Position numbers and translations under genes: made by a program
Assembly: GCA_035553595.1 (NCBI GenBank)
Contig: DATMKA010000193.1
Location: 1-47,889 of the forward strand
Direction: 5' to 3'
DNA from: Thermoplasmatota archaeon
GTDB lineage: Archaea > Thermoplasmatota > SW-10-69-26 > JACQPN01 > JAJPHT01
Length of the DNA stretch: 47,889 nucleotides
The notes under the pieces: generated by a model
What the model was told of the DNA's origin: nothing
The model's database searches: none
What the model saw: only the letters and a program-made list of their open reading frames with translations
Shown: positions 40,973 to 47,889 of the stretch, piece by piece
Position numbering within the stretch: the stretch's first letter is position 1
Layout of the letters: every line of letters begins with the position of its first letter

Positions 40973-43369
40973 TCAGGAGCGCTGCCTCCGGTTAGCGAGG
41001 AGAGCGGCGCCGAGGGCGGCGGCGGAGACCACAAGGAGGTCGCCGGGGCCGGGGACCGTGTACCAGGTCTCCTCCGGCTCCTTCTGGACCTCGACCACCT
41101 TGCGTTCCACCGTGAAGTTGAGGGCGCGCTTCTGGCCGGTGCTCTTCGAGACCGCCTCCACCTTCACCGTCACGGTGCCGCTCTTTTCGAGGGCTGGGGA
41201 GAGGCTGAGGGTGAGCTGGCGGCGCTCGTTGGGCTTGAGCTCGATGGGATCCTCCGTGATGCGGAGGGTCCACTGGGCCGCGCGGCTCGCAGGGGTCACG
41301 TTCGCGTACACCTGGTAGGTGTCCAGGATGTTGCCGGCGTTCTCGAGGCTGAGGCCCACGCGCTTCACTTCACCGGGAGCCACCTCGACGACGTCGTCGT
41401 CCACGGGGGAGGTGAGGGCGAAGCGGTAGTCCGCGTTCACGGTGGCCTCGAGCTTGAGGGCGGGGGAGCGGTACTCCTCGCCGCCGCGGGCCACCACGGA
41501 GATCACGTTGAGGTCGCCGCTCGCGGAGGTGCGGGAGGGCGTGACCTTCACCGCGACCTTCTCAGTCTGGCCCTTCGTGAGGCGGAGCTCGCTCGGTTCG
41601 AAGGTGACGGTCCAGGTGCCGGTCTTCCCGTTCACGCGCTGGATGGCGTCGAAGGTGACGGTCTCGTCCACGTTGCCGCGGTTCTCCACGATCATCGAGA
41701 AGGCCTTCGTGGGGCCGCCCTGCTGGAGGTTGAGGCGGGTCTGGTTGTTCTCCGCCTTGAGGAGGAGGTTGTGGAGGCTCTTCACGCGGATGTAGAGCTG
41801 CGCCGTGGCGGGGGCGGAGCCGTCGCCGGGCGTCGCGGTGAAGGAGACGGGGTAGACGCCGGGGGCCGCGAAGGCGGGCGGCACGAAGGTGGCGTTCACG
41901 AGGGCAGAGCCGCCGGGACCGAGCTGGAGGCTGCTCTTTTCGAGGCTCGTGGTCCACCCGGTGGGGCCGGAGCCCGTGAGAAGGTAGGCGCCGTGAAGGC
42001 TGCCGCGGTTCTCCACGCGGAGCTTGAAGGTGCTGCCGGCGGCATCCGTGAGCTCCTGCTCGCTGAGGCCGTCGACGGTGACGCCGGCGGCGCTGAACTG
42101 GCGGTAGAGGTAGGCGCCGCGGGCCGTCGTCGAGGCGCCGACCACGCCGAAGGTCTTCCCGTCGCGGGAGGCCGCGATGCCGCTGAGGGGCACACCCACG
42201 GGGGTGCGCCAGAGGGGGCTGCCGAGGGCGGTGACGCCGGGGCCCGTGTGGAAGGAGACGACATCGCTGCCGGCGGTGGCGAGGAGGATGGTGCCGTCCT
42301 TGCTCATGGCCAGGCTCTTCACCTCGCCGCCGACGTTCGCGTCCGCCCCGAGGGGGTAGAGTTCACGGGCGCCAGGGGAAGCAGCGAGGGGCCGGTTTTC
42401 GAAGAGGGAGATGCGGCCGTTGCTCTTGCCCACCGCGAGGTACTTGCCCTGGGCGTCCATCGCAAGGGACTGGGGGGTGCCGTCGAGCACGGCCGAAGCG
42501 GGGCTGCTCGCCTTCGGGAAGTCGAGGCCCACCTTGGTGAAGTTGAAAAGGTAGACGGCGGCGGCGCCGTTGTTGGGGTTCGTCGTGATGGCCGCGCCGA
42601 GGTTCCCGTCGTCGCTCATGGCGACGCGGAGGGCCTGCCCGCCGCTGAGGGCGCTGAAGTCCACGAGGGGCTTGTCCGCCGTGGCGTCCATGAGGTACAC
42701 GGACTTCTCGGTGCCCAGCATGTAGCGGGTGCCCTTGGAGAAGCCCATACTGAGGACCTTGCCGCCGAGGTTCACGGAGAAGGAGGGCTCCTGGTTGGAG
42801 GAGCCGAAGGGGTTGGAGTAGATGTTCACCTTGTTCACGGCGTTGGGGCCGGTGCCGCCCACGGCGAGAACCACGCGGCCGCCGTTGGCGGTGACGCCGA
42901 CAAGGCCCGCCACCTCGCCGCTCAGGAGAGTGTCGCTCCACTTGGCGGAGCCGAGGTTGTTGATGTCGTACCAGTACACGGCCTCGCCGTAACCGGAGAC
43001 CGCGAAGCCGGTGGCGGGGCCTTCGTCGGAGGCAATGGCCACGGCGATGCGGCCCTGCTTCTCGAGGGCGCCGCCGCTCGGGATGGGCACGCGCCGGGCG
43101 GTGGGGTCGGCGGAGGTGTCCTGGAGCGTGTACACGAAGACGTCCTGGTAGCCGGTGAGGGCGGGGCCCGTGGAGGGGCCCGCGGTGACGGCGATGAAAG
43201 TCTTTCCGAGCGCATCCATCGCAAGACCCGTGGGGTTTGCGGGGAGGCTGTTGCCGCCGTCGACGGTGACCGTCTTGGGCGTGGCGGCGAAGGCGGTGGC
43301 GCCGCTCGCGAGGACACTGACAACGAAGAGTGTGAGCACGAGATTGGCTCGGAGGGCAACGGCACGCAT
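40973..43369 (-). CDS. surface protein paralogous to 38461..40881: signal peptide, beta-propeller, three Ig-like modules, C-terminal PGx-TM-basic anchor
   Basis: MRAVALRANLVLTLFVVSVLASGATAFAATP signal peptide. Blades VAMSDDGNLGAA, LAMDAQGKYLAV, LAMSKDGTILLA, IAASRDGKTFGV. Modules VENRGSLHG, VENRGNVDE, LENAGNILD. Tail TVPGPGDLLVVSAAALGAALLANRRQRS. AGGTGA about 8 nt upstream of the ATG. Confidence 0.8.
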   Translation of the reverse strand: MRAVALRANLVLTLFVVSVLASGATAFAATPKTVTVDGGNSLPANPTGLAMDALGKTFIAVTAGPSTGPALTGYQDVFVYTLQDTSADPTARRVPIPSGGALEKQGRIAVAIASDEGPATGFAVSGYGEAVYWYDINNLGSAKWSDTLLSGEVAGLVGVTANGGRVVLAVGGTGPNAVNKVNIYSNPFGSSNQEPSFSVNLGGKVLSMGFSKGTRYMLGTEKSVYLMDATADKPLVDFSALSGGQALRVAMSDDGNLGAAITTNPNNGAAAVYLFNFTKVGLDFPKASSPASAVLDGTPQSLAMDAQGKYLAVGKSNGRISLFENRPLAASPGARELYPLGADANVGGEVKSLAMSKDGTILLATAGSDVVSFHTGPGVTALGSPLWRTPVGVPLSGIAASRDGKTFGVVGASTTARGAYLYRQFSAAGVTVDGLSEQELTDAAGSTFKLRVENRGSLHGAYLLTGSGPTGWTTSLEKSSLQLGPGGSALVNATFVPPAFAAPGVYPVSFTATPGDGSAPATAQLYIRVKSLHNLLLKAENNQTRLNLQQGGPTKAFSMIVENRGNVDETVTFDAIQRVNGKTGTWTVTFEPSELRLTKGQTEKVAVKVTPSRTSASGDLNVISVVARGGEEYRSPALKLEATVNADYRFALTSPVDDDVVEVAPGEVKRVGLSLENAGNILDTYQVYANVTPASRAAQWTLRITEDPIELKPNERRQLTLSLSPALEKSGTVTVKVEAVSKSTGQKRALNFTVERKVVEVQKEPEETWYTVPGPGDLLVVSAAALGAALLANRRQRS

Positions 43370-43424
43370 CCTGGATTCACCTGGTCCGTGGCGATACGGT
43401 TTCCGCGATGAATCGGGATTGACC

Positions 43425-43444
43425 TATATAAAATCTATTTAATT
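43425..43444 (-). promoter_or_regulatory. AT-rich TATA-like block upstream of the surface-protein gene string
   Basis: The minus strand reads AATTAAATAGATTTTATATA, the only AT-rich segment in the 184-bp spacer. It lies about 56 nt upstream of the ATG at 43369. Confidence 0.4.
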
Positions 43445-43501
43445 GTCGTGCAAAGGTCCGCGTCGCGGATTTGCCTGATATGGGAACGCCGGGACCACAG
43501 G

Positions 43502-43516
43502 AAAAACCGGGCCCGG
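43502..43516 (-). terminator. possible terminator of the rpl37ae-pfdB operon (short GC palindrome followed by T5 on the minus strand)
   Basis: The minus-strand RNA would read ...CCGGGCCCGGUUUUUC, about 40 nt after the prefoldin stop. The stem is short, so the call rests mainly on the oligo-T. Confidence 0.3.
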
Positions 43517-43553
43517 CTCGGGAACCGCTTGCTAGGCTCTGCGGGGAGGGGGC

Positions 43554-43904
43554 TCACGCGCCGCCAAGGGCGGCCTGGAGCTCCTTCTGGAGGCTCGTCA
43601 TGCGCTCCCGGAGGCGCTCTTCCTGGCGCTTCACGGTCTGCAGGCGCACGTCCGTGGTCTCCTTCTGCTCGCGGAGGTCCGCAAGGAGGGTGTCGCGGTC
43701 CTTGGCGCGGATGAGGAGGCCGCCGATGCTGCGGTAGATGACGGCGTCCGGGGCCGCTTTCTCGAGCTCCTCGAGGGTGCGGTCGAGGTCCCGGGCGGAG
43801 ACCTCCATCTGCTGGCGCTGCTGGACGACGACCTGGGCCTGGGACTGGAGCTGCTGAAGCTGCTGGAGCTGGTTCTGGAGTTGAGGGGGAAGGTCGGCGG
43901 CCAT
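43554..43904 (-). CDS. pfdB: prefoldin beta subunit
   Basis: MAADLPPQLQNQLQQLQQLQSQAQVVVQQRQQMEVSARDLDRTLEELEK...IYRSIGGLLIR...: two coiled-coil arms around a beta-hairpin core, the typical size and pattern. Start set at the internal ATG in the frame of ORF 43554..43925. Confidence 0.85.
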   Translation of the reverse strand: MAADLPPQLQNQLQQLQQLQSQAQVVVQQRQQMEVSARDLDRTLEELEKAAPDAVIYRSIGGLLIRAKDRDTLLADLREQKETTDVRLQTVKRQEERLRERMTSLQKELQAALGGA

Positions 43905-43921
43905 GAGGGGTGCCTCCGGGG

Positions 43922-44173
43922 TCAATCGGTTGCGGGCAGCGCCGAGGCCACGTCAAGGGCCGTCGCGCACCACCGCAGGTAGGAATTCACGGCCGCGCGT
44001 AAAGAGGCAACGTCTTCCGCCTCGACGAGGAGGAGGAGCCGGTCGCCGTCCTGGCGCAGGGCCACGGTGCTTCGGGGGAGATCCACCTCCGCCTCGGGAC
44101 CGAGGGCGCCCGCGAGGATGCGGACGGCCTCAGGGGAGTCGAGACGGAGGGTCAGGGTCGCGGAGAGGACCAT
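43922..44173 (-). CDS. pcc1: Pcc1-like KEOPS subunit (tentative)
   Basis: 83 aa. A LRAAVNSYLRW-type motif, small size, and the conserved archaeal position between rpoP and prefoldin beta. Confidence 0.55.
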   Translation of the reverse strand: MVLSATLTLRLDSPEAVRILAGALGPEAEVDLPRSTVALRQDGDRLLLLVEAEDVASLRAAVNSYLRWCATALDVASALPATD

Positions 44174-44176
44174 GCC

Positions 44177-44314
44177 TCAGAAGGCGCGGACCTTCTTCGC
44201 GACGGTGGGGCGCTCCTTGTAGAACACCTTGGAGCCGCAGTAGGGGCAGCGCATGCCGATGTTGTTCGTGTCGAACTCGATGTTGCGCTTGCACTTGCCG
44301 CAGCGGTAATCCAT
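44177..44314 (-). CDS. rpoP: DNA-directed RNA polymerase subunit P (Rpo12)
   Basis: Not in the ORF track because it is under 60 aa. My own translation is MDYRCGKCKRNIEFDTNNIGMRCPYCGSKVFYKERPTVAKKVRAF, a CxxC...CxxC zinc ribbon of the right size, sited 5 nt downstream of rpl37ae. Confidence 0.8.
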   Translation of the reverse strand: MDYRCGKCKRNIEFDTNNIGMRCPYCGSKVFYKERPTVAKKVRAF

Positions 44315-44319
44315 GGGGT

Positions 44320-44607
44320 TCACTCCGAGGGCTTGGCCATCTTCTCAACGGCGTCGCGGATGGCGCGCATGTTCGTGCGGAAGTTCGGGGTCTCGGGCGT
44401 GTAGGCCCCGCCGGCGAACTTGTAGTTGCACTTGCTGCACTGCCAGATGCCAGTGGAGACGCGGGCGACGCGAAGGGCACCGCAGCCGGGACAGGCGTGC
44501 TCGGCCTTCTGGCGGACCTCGACTTCGCGAATGCGGCGGCGGATGGACACACCGTAGCGGGTGCCGAAACGCCCGACCGACTTCACCTTCTTGGTGCGCA
44601 TGGACAT
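44320..44607 (-). CDS. rpl37ae: 50S ribosomal protein L37Ae (eL43)
   Basis: [30 protein letters not shown]...CPGCG...[15 protein letters not shown]: the characteristic N-terminus and C4 zinc ribbon. Internal ATG (CAT 44605-44607) with a GGAGGT about 10 nt upstream. Confidence 0.9.
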   Translation of the reverse strand: MSMRTKKVKSVGRFGTRYGVSIRRRIREVEVRQKAEHACPGCGALRVARVSTGIWQCSKCNYKFAGGAYTPETPNFRTNMRAIRDAVEKMAKPSE

Positions 44608-44830
44608 AGGATAGGGAACCTCCTTTTGGGCAAGCCCGCCATCGGGGCAGCGAGAGGGTCTCGGGTAACCCAGCACGCGCCGGAGGGGGGCGAAGCGCAG
44701 CGTAGAAGCCGATAACCCTACTTAAGGGTTCCCGATCCGGGTCGCGCTCTTCCCGACCCCGCGTGAAGCCGGAGTCACGAGAACGGCCTTAAGCCCTGCC
44801 AAGGCTTCCCCCGGCACGGAGGCTTCTCTC

Positions 44831-45817
44831 TTGCTCGCCCGTTCCGCCCTTGCGGCCCTCGCCGTGGCCCTGCTCGCTGCTCCCCTCGCCACAAGCGCCG
44901 TCTCCCCCGCGCTTGCCCCCTCGGTCCCGCTCGTGGACCTCGCTTGCGACCAGTTGCAGATGGTCGGCGGCCTGCCCGGCACGGGCGTGGCGTCCCACGA
45001 CAACGTGCTGAACCCCTGCCCCGGCATCCGCCCCGGCGGCGGCCTCATCCTCCGCGCGGGTCCCCTCGAGATCGTCTACTGCACGATGGCTTTCGTGCTC
45101 ACGGACGGCCAGGACCTCTACGTGGCCACCGCCGGCCACTGCGTGGAGCCGAGCCTCGGCGCCCCCGGCCTCGGCGAGCGCGTGGCCGCCATCGGCGTCC
45201 CCGGCACCTTCGGCACCGTCGTGTACCAGTGGTGCGAGGATGAGGCCCTCAACGGGGGCTGCGGCGCGGGCAAGGACTTCGGCCTCATCAAGGTCGACGC
45301 GAACAAGCGCGGGTACGTCACGAACGCGATGTGCCACTGGGGCGCCCCCACGGGCGGAATGTTCACCGCCTTCGACGACCCCGTGGACTACGATCCCGCC
45401 GCCGCCCTCGAGGATCCAACCCCCGAGGCGCCTCCTGCTGAGTGGATCGCGCCCACGCCCAAGATGAGCATCCAACACTACGGGTGGGGCATGGTCCTCG
45501 GGAACCCCTCTGGCGGCCTCCACTCCACGCCCAACCCCGCCACCCAGGCCCGCGAGGGCCTCCTGCTTCAGTACAGCAACGAGACCTACGTCCTCGTGGA
45601 GACGGCCGCCATCAGCGGCGACTCCGGCTCCGGCGTCCTCGTGATGGACCTTCCCGGCCTCCACCGCCTCCCCATGATGCCTGCGGCAGCGCCCAAGGCC
45701 CTCGGTGTGTTGACCCACATCAGCGTGGGTGGCGTCGGGTTCGTGCAGCGGCTCGACGTGAGCCTCGCGAAGGTCCAGGCCGACAAGGGCTGGACCCTCA
45801 CGCTCTACACGGCCTGA
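44831..45817 (+). CDS. secreted chymotrypsin-fold (S1 family) serine protease
   Basis: Signal peptide MLARSALAALAVALLAAPLATSA. Catalytic triad in S1 order: TAGHC (His), DFGLIKV (Asp), GDSGSGV (Ser). TTG start as in the ORF track. Confidence 0.7.
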   Translation: MLARSALAALAVALLAAPLATSAVSPALAPSVPLVDLACDQLQMVGGLPGTGVASHDNVLNPCPGIRPGGGLILRAGPLEIVYCTMAFVLTDGQDLYVATAGHCVEPSLGAPGLGERVAAIGVPGTFGTVVYQWCEDEALNGGCGAGKDFGLIKVDANKRGYVTNAMCHWGAPTGGMFTAFDDPVDYDPAAALEDPTPEAPPAEWIAPTPKMSIQHYGWGMVLGNPSGGLHSTPNPATQAREGLLLQYSNETYVLVETAAISGDSGSGVLVMDLPGLHRLPMMPAAAPKALGVLTHISVGGVGFVQRLDVSLAKVQADKGWTLTLYTA

Positions 45818-45822
45818 GCCCG

Positions 45823-47067
45823 TTACTTGGCCCGCGCCTTGTCCCCGGGCATCTGGGGCGTGAGGGTGCGGGCCTTGTAGCCGCGCTCGGCCAGCGTTGC
45901 GAGAATCTGGGCGACGTGGTCGTGGCCGCGGGTGTCGAGCTTGAGGCGGACCTCCGCCTGGCCGACACCGATGTCGAGCCCGGTGCGGTCGTGCTCGATG
46001 GCCTCGACGTTCGCCTGCAGCTCCGCAAGGAGCGCGAGCAGGTCGCGGAGGCTGCCGGGCTTGTCCTCGAGGATCGTGTGGAGCATGAGGCTGCGGCCCG
46101 TCTGCACGAGACCGCGCTGGATGATGTGGTCCACGAGGCGCACGTCGATGTTGCCGCCCGAGAGGACGGTGCACACCTTCTTGCCCTCGATGCCCTTCAC
46201 CTTGCCGCTGATGACCGCGGCGAGAGAGGCGGCGCCGCCGCCCTCCACCACCGTCTTCGCGCGCTCGAGGAGGAGCAGGATGGCGGAGGCGATCTCGTCG
46301 TCCCCCACCTGCACCACGTCGTCCACCCGCTTCTGGATGACCTCCAGGTTGTAAGTGCCCACGCGGCGTGTCGCGAGACCGTCCGCGATGGTGTTGACGC
46401 TCGTGAGGGGAACCACGGTGCCCTTCCTCAGAGACTCGGGGAGCTTCGAGGCGCCCGTGGGTTCCACGCCCACGATGCGCACGTCGGGCTTCACGGCCTT
46501 CACGGCCGTGGCCACACCGGAGATGAGGCCGCCGCCGCCCACGGGGCACACGATGACCTCCACGTCGGGGATGGCCTCGATGATCTCGAGGCCCAGCGTG
46601 CCCTGACCGGCCATGATGGCGGGGTCGTTGAAGGCGTGGACGAAGGTGGCGCCCGTCTGCTTCTGCACCTCGAAGGCCTTCTCCTCGGCCTCGCCGTAGT
46701 CCTTGCCGTGCAGGATGAGGTTCGCGCCGTAGCCCTTCACGGCCATCACCTTCTGCAGCGAGGCGAAGCGCGGCATCACGATGGTGGCCTGGATGCCCGC
46801 GAGGCGCGCAGCAAGGGCCACGCCCTGGGCGTGGTTGCCGGCGGAGGCCGCCACGACACCGGCGGCGCGCTCCTCGGGCGTGAGGAGGCTGATCTTGTTG
46901 TAGGCGCCGCGGATCTTGAAGGACCCGGTGCGCTGCAGGTTCTCGAGCTTGAGGTAGACGTCGGCGCCGCTCAATTCGCTGAAGGTTGCCGACTGCTGCA
47001 GGGGAGTGTTGTGGACCACGCCGCGCAGGGCAAGGCGCGCCCGCTGCACGTCCTCGAGGCCGATCAT
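45823..47067 (-). CDS. ilvA: threonine ammonia-lyase (threonine dehydratase) with one C-terminal ACT-like domain
   Basis: PLP-lysine motif QRTGSFKIRGAYN, the glycine loop CPVGGGGLISG, NHAQGVA, and a C-terminal regulatory domain of about 80 aa. Start at the internal ATG (CAT 47065-47067). Confidence 0.85.
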   Translation of the reverse strand: MIGLEDVQRARLALRGVVHNTPLQQSATFSELSGADVYLKLENLQRTGSFKIRGAYNKISLLTPEERAAGVVAASAGNHAQGVALAARLAGIQATIVMPRFASLQKVMAVKGYGANLILHGKDYGEAEEKAFEVQKQTGATFVHAFNDPAIMAGQGTLGLEIIEAIPDVEVIVCPVGGGGLISGVATAVKAVKPDVRIVGVEPTGASKLPESLRKGTVVPLTSVNTIADGLATRRVGTYNLEVIQKRVDDVVQVGDDEIASAILLLLERAKTVVEGGGAASLAAVISGKVKGIEGKKVCTVLSGGNIDVRLVDHIIQRGLVQTGRSLMLHTILEDKPGSLRDLLALLAELQANVEAIEHDRTGLDIGVGQAEVRLKLDTRGHDHVAQILATLAERGYKARTLTPQMPGDKARAK

Positions 47068-47213
47068 GGCCACGGCAAAGGGACCCCTCCTCAAAAAGCC
47101 ATTGGTGAAGCGCCTCCTGCGCGAGCGCGTGCCACCTGGTGGGGGACGGTGCGGGGATGGGCACCGAACGGTTATGAGCACATGGAGATATCACGGGGTC
47201 GGAGGCCTCCGCC

Positions 47214-47804
47214 TTGACCCGCAGCCCCCTGCTCCTCAGCCTGACCCTCGCCCTCGTCGCCACCGCCTTCCTTCCGGCGGCCGCCGCCGCCCCTCCCGCG
47301 GACCTCCCGTGCACTGTCGTCGTGGACCCCCGGCCGGGCCCCGGCTACGTCGGGTGCGAAGGCGAGCGCGGCCTCGAAATCTACCTCTTCCCGGGCGCTG
47401 AGCCCGGCGACCGCTGGGTGGCCTGCACCGTGGAAGCGGACCCCCGCACGAGCGAGTGCCGCGTCGGTCCCGGGTGGATGGACAGCGGCGAGTGCCGCGA
47501 CGCCGAGGACGAAGTCCCCGTCAACCAGCCCTTCGTGCACGCCCGCCACTGCCCCCGCAGCCTCTGGTACCCCGTGGAGTGCTACGCCACCGCCTACGCC
47601 GTCTTCTGCAGCTACGGCGACAACGAGGTGGGCGTGAATGCCTGCGTTGGCAGCTGCGTGCCGCCCTTCGTGGCCCACTGCTACTTCGACGGCACCCTCC
47701 GCCTCATGCCCCACGCCAGCGACCTCCCCGACTGCAGCCTCCTCATCGCCCCCTGGCTCCGGGACATCCTCACGCGCACCCTAGACGTGCCCCCGCTCCC
47801 CTGA
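47214..47804 (+). CDS. hypothetical secreted Cys-rich protein
   Basis: TTG start. Signal peptide MTRSPLLLSLTLALVATAFLPAAAAA. 12 Cys in about 170 mature residues. No family recognised. Confidence 0.5.
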   Translation: MTRSPLLLSLTLALVATAFLPAAAAAPPADLPCTVVVDPRPGPGYVGCEGERGLEIYLFPGAEPGDRWVACTVEADPRTSECRVGPGWMDSGECRDAEDEVPVNQPFVHARHCPRSLWYPVECYATAYAVFCSYGDNEVGVNACVGSCVPPFVAHCYFDGTLRLMPHASDLPDCSLLIAPWLRDILTRTLDVPPLP

Positions 47805-47889
47805 GGCGGCACCGAGAACCGGGCGGCAGGGTTCACCCGCCACAGCGAAGGAGCAAGGGTCATGCCCCCGCTCCCCACTGGTGAAGCCG

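Noticed and set aside
38353-43411. Plus-strand ORFs 38353..40995 (880 aa) and 41771..43411 (546 aa)
   Set aside because: These are antisense shadows of surface-protein genes B and A, with the same G/A/E/R/H-rich low-complexity composition and no domain signatures.
44789-47314. 841-aa minus-strand ORF spanning the protease and ilvA loci, and 45442..47217 (+), 591 aa
   Set aside because: Both are out of frame with or antisense to genes that have clear catalytic motifs (TAGHC/GDSGSG; SFKIRGA). Their products are R/G/P/H-rich with no motifs.
47862-47889. Possible start of a plus-strand gene at the window end (ATG at 47862 preceded by AAGGAG)
   Set aside because: Only 9 codons are visible (MPPLPTGEA), too little to support a feature.
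1-47889. CRISPR arrays, rRNA genes, transposases/IS elements and toxin-antitoxin pairs
   Set aside because: I looked for regularly spaced direct repeats, rRNA-like segments and transposase or integrase motifs on both strands and found none. The only repeat structures are the palindromes and hairpins reported above and the intragenic peptide repeats.

Overview
High-GC (roughly two-thirds G+C in the 60-nt stretches I counted), densely coding chromosomal window from an archaeon. Archaeal markers are ribosomal protein eL43/L37Ae, RpoP, a Pcc1-like protein, prefoldin beta, an aCPSF2-type beta-CASP RNase and an LDH-like malate dehydrogenase. I support about 42 protein genes, one tRNA-Asn(GTT), a few TATA-like promoter candidates and several strong hairpins. 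I saw no rRNA, CRISPR array, transposase or integrase. Because of the GC content, the ORF track holds many long antisense or out-of-frame shadow ORFs, which I reject. Many real genes also start at an internal Met of the listed ORF. Left to right: partial hypothetical; truA and an MJ0936-type phosphoesterase; small membrane, wHTH-like and lipoprotein genes; an SNF2 ATPase; a secreted-hydrolase set (S15 CocE/NonD peptidase and two inverted BNR/Asp-box paralogs) flanking an ALDH plus RNase-H-like exonuclease operon and a cupin/SRPBCC pair; a lower-GC islet encoding a Cys-rich 'SGTGDA'-repeat secreted protein; mdh; a CPBP protease; a wHTH regulator; tRNA-Asn with a hairpin-rich flank; an orphan PAS/GAF histidine kinase; an MPE-Lhr repair cassette; a GAF protein; copA/copZ; aCPSF2; three giant surface proteins; the rpl37ae-rpoP-pcc1-pfdB operon; an S1 protease; a threonine dehydratase; and a Cys-rich secreted protein. 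The best candidate for something undescribed is the minus-strand module at about 31.7-43.4 kb. It comprises two paralogous propeller plus Ig-like-domain proteins with PGF-CTERM-like tails, then an 1801-aa multi-Ig-domain protein, running straight into the RNase gene. The second candidate is the repeat protein at 16.5-17.6 kb. All family calls rest on motifs read by eye from the translations. No database search was run.
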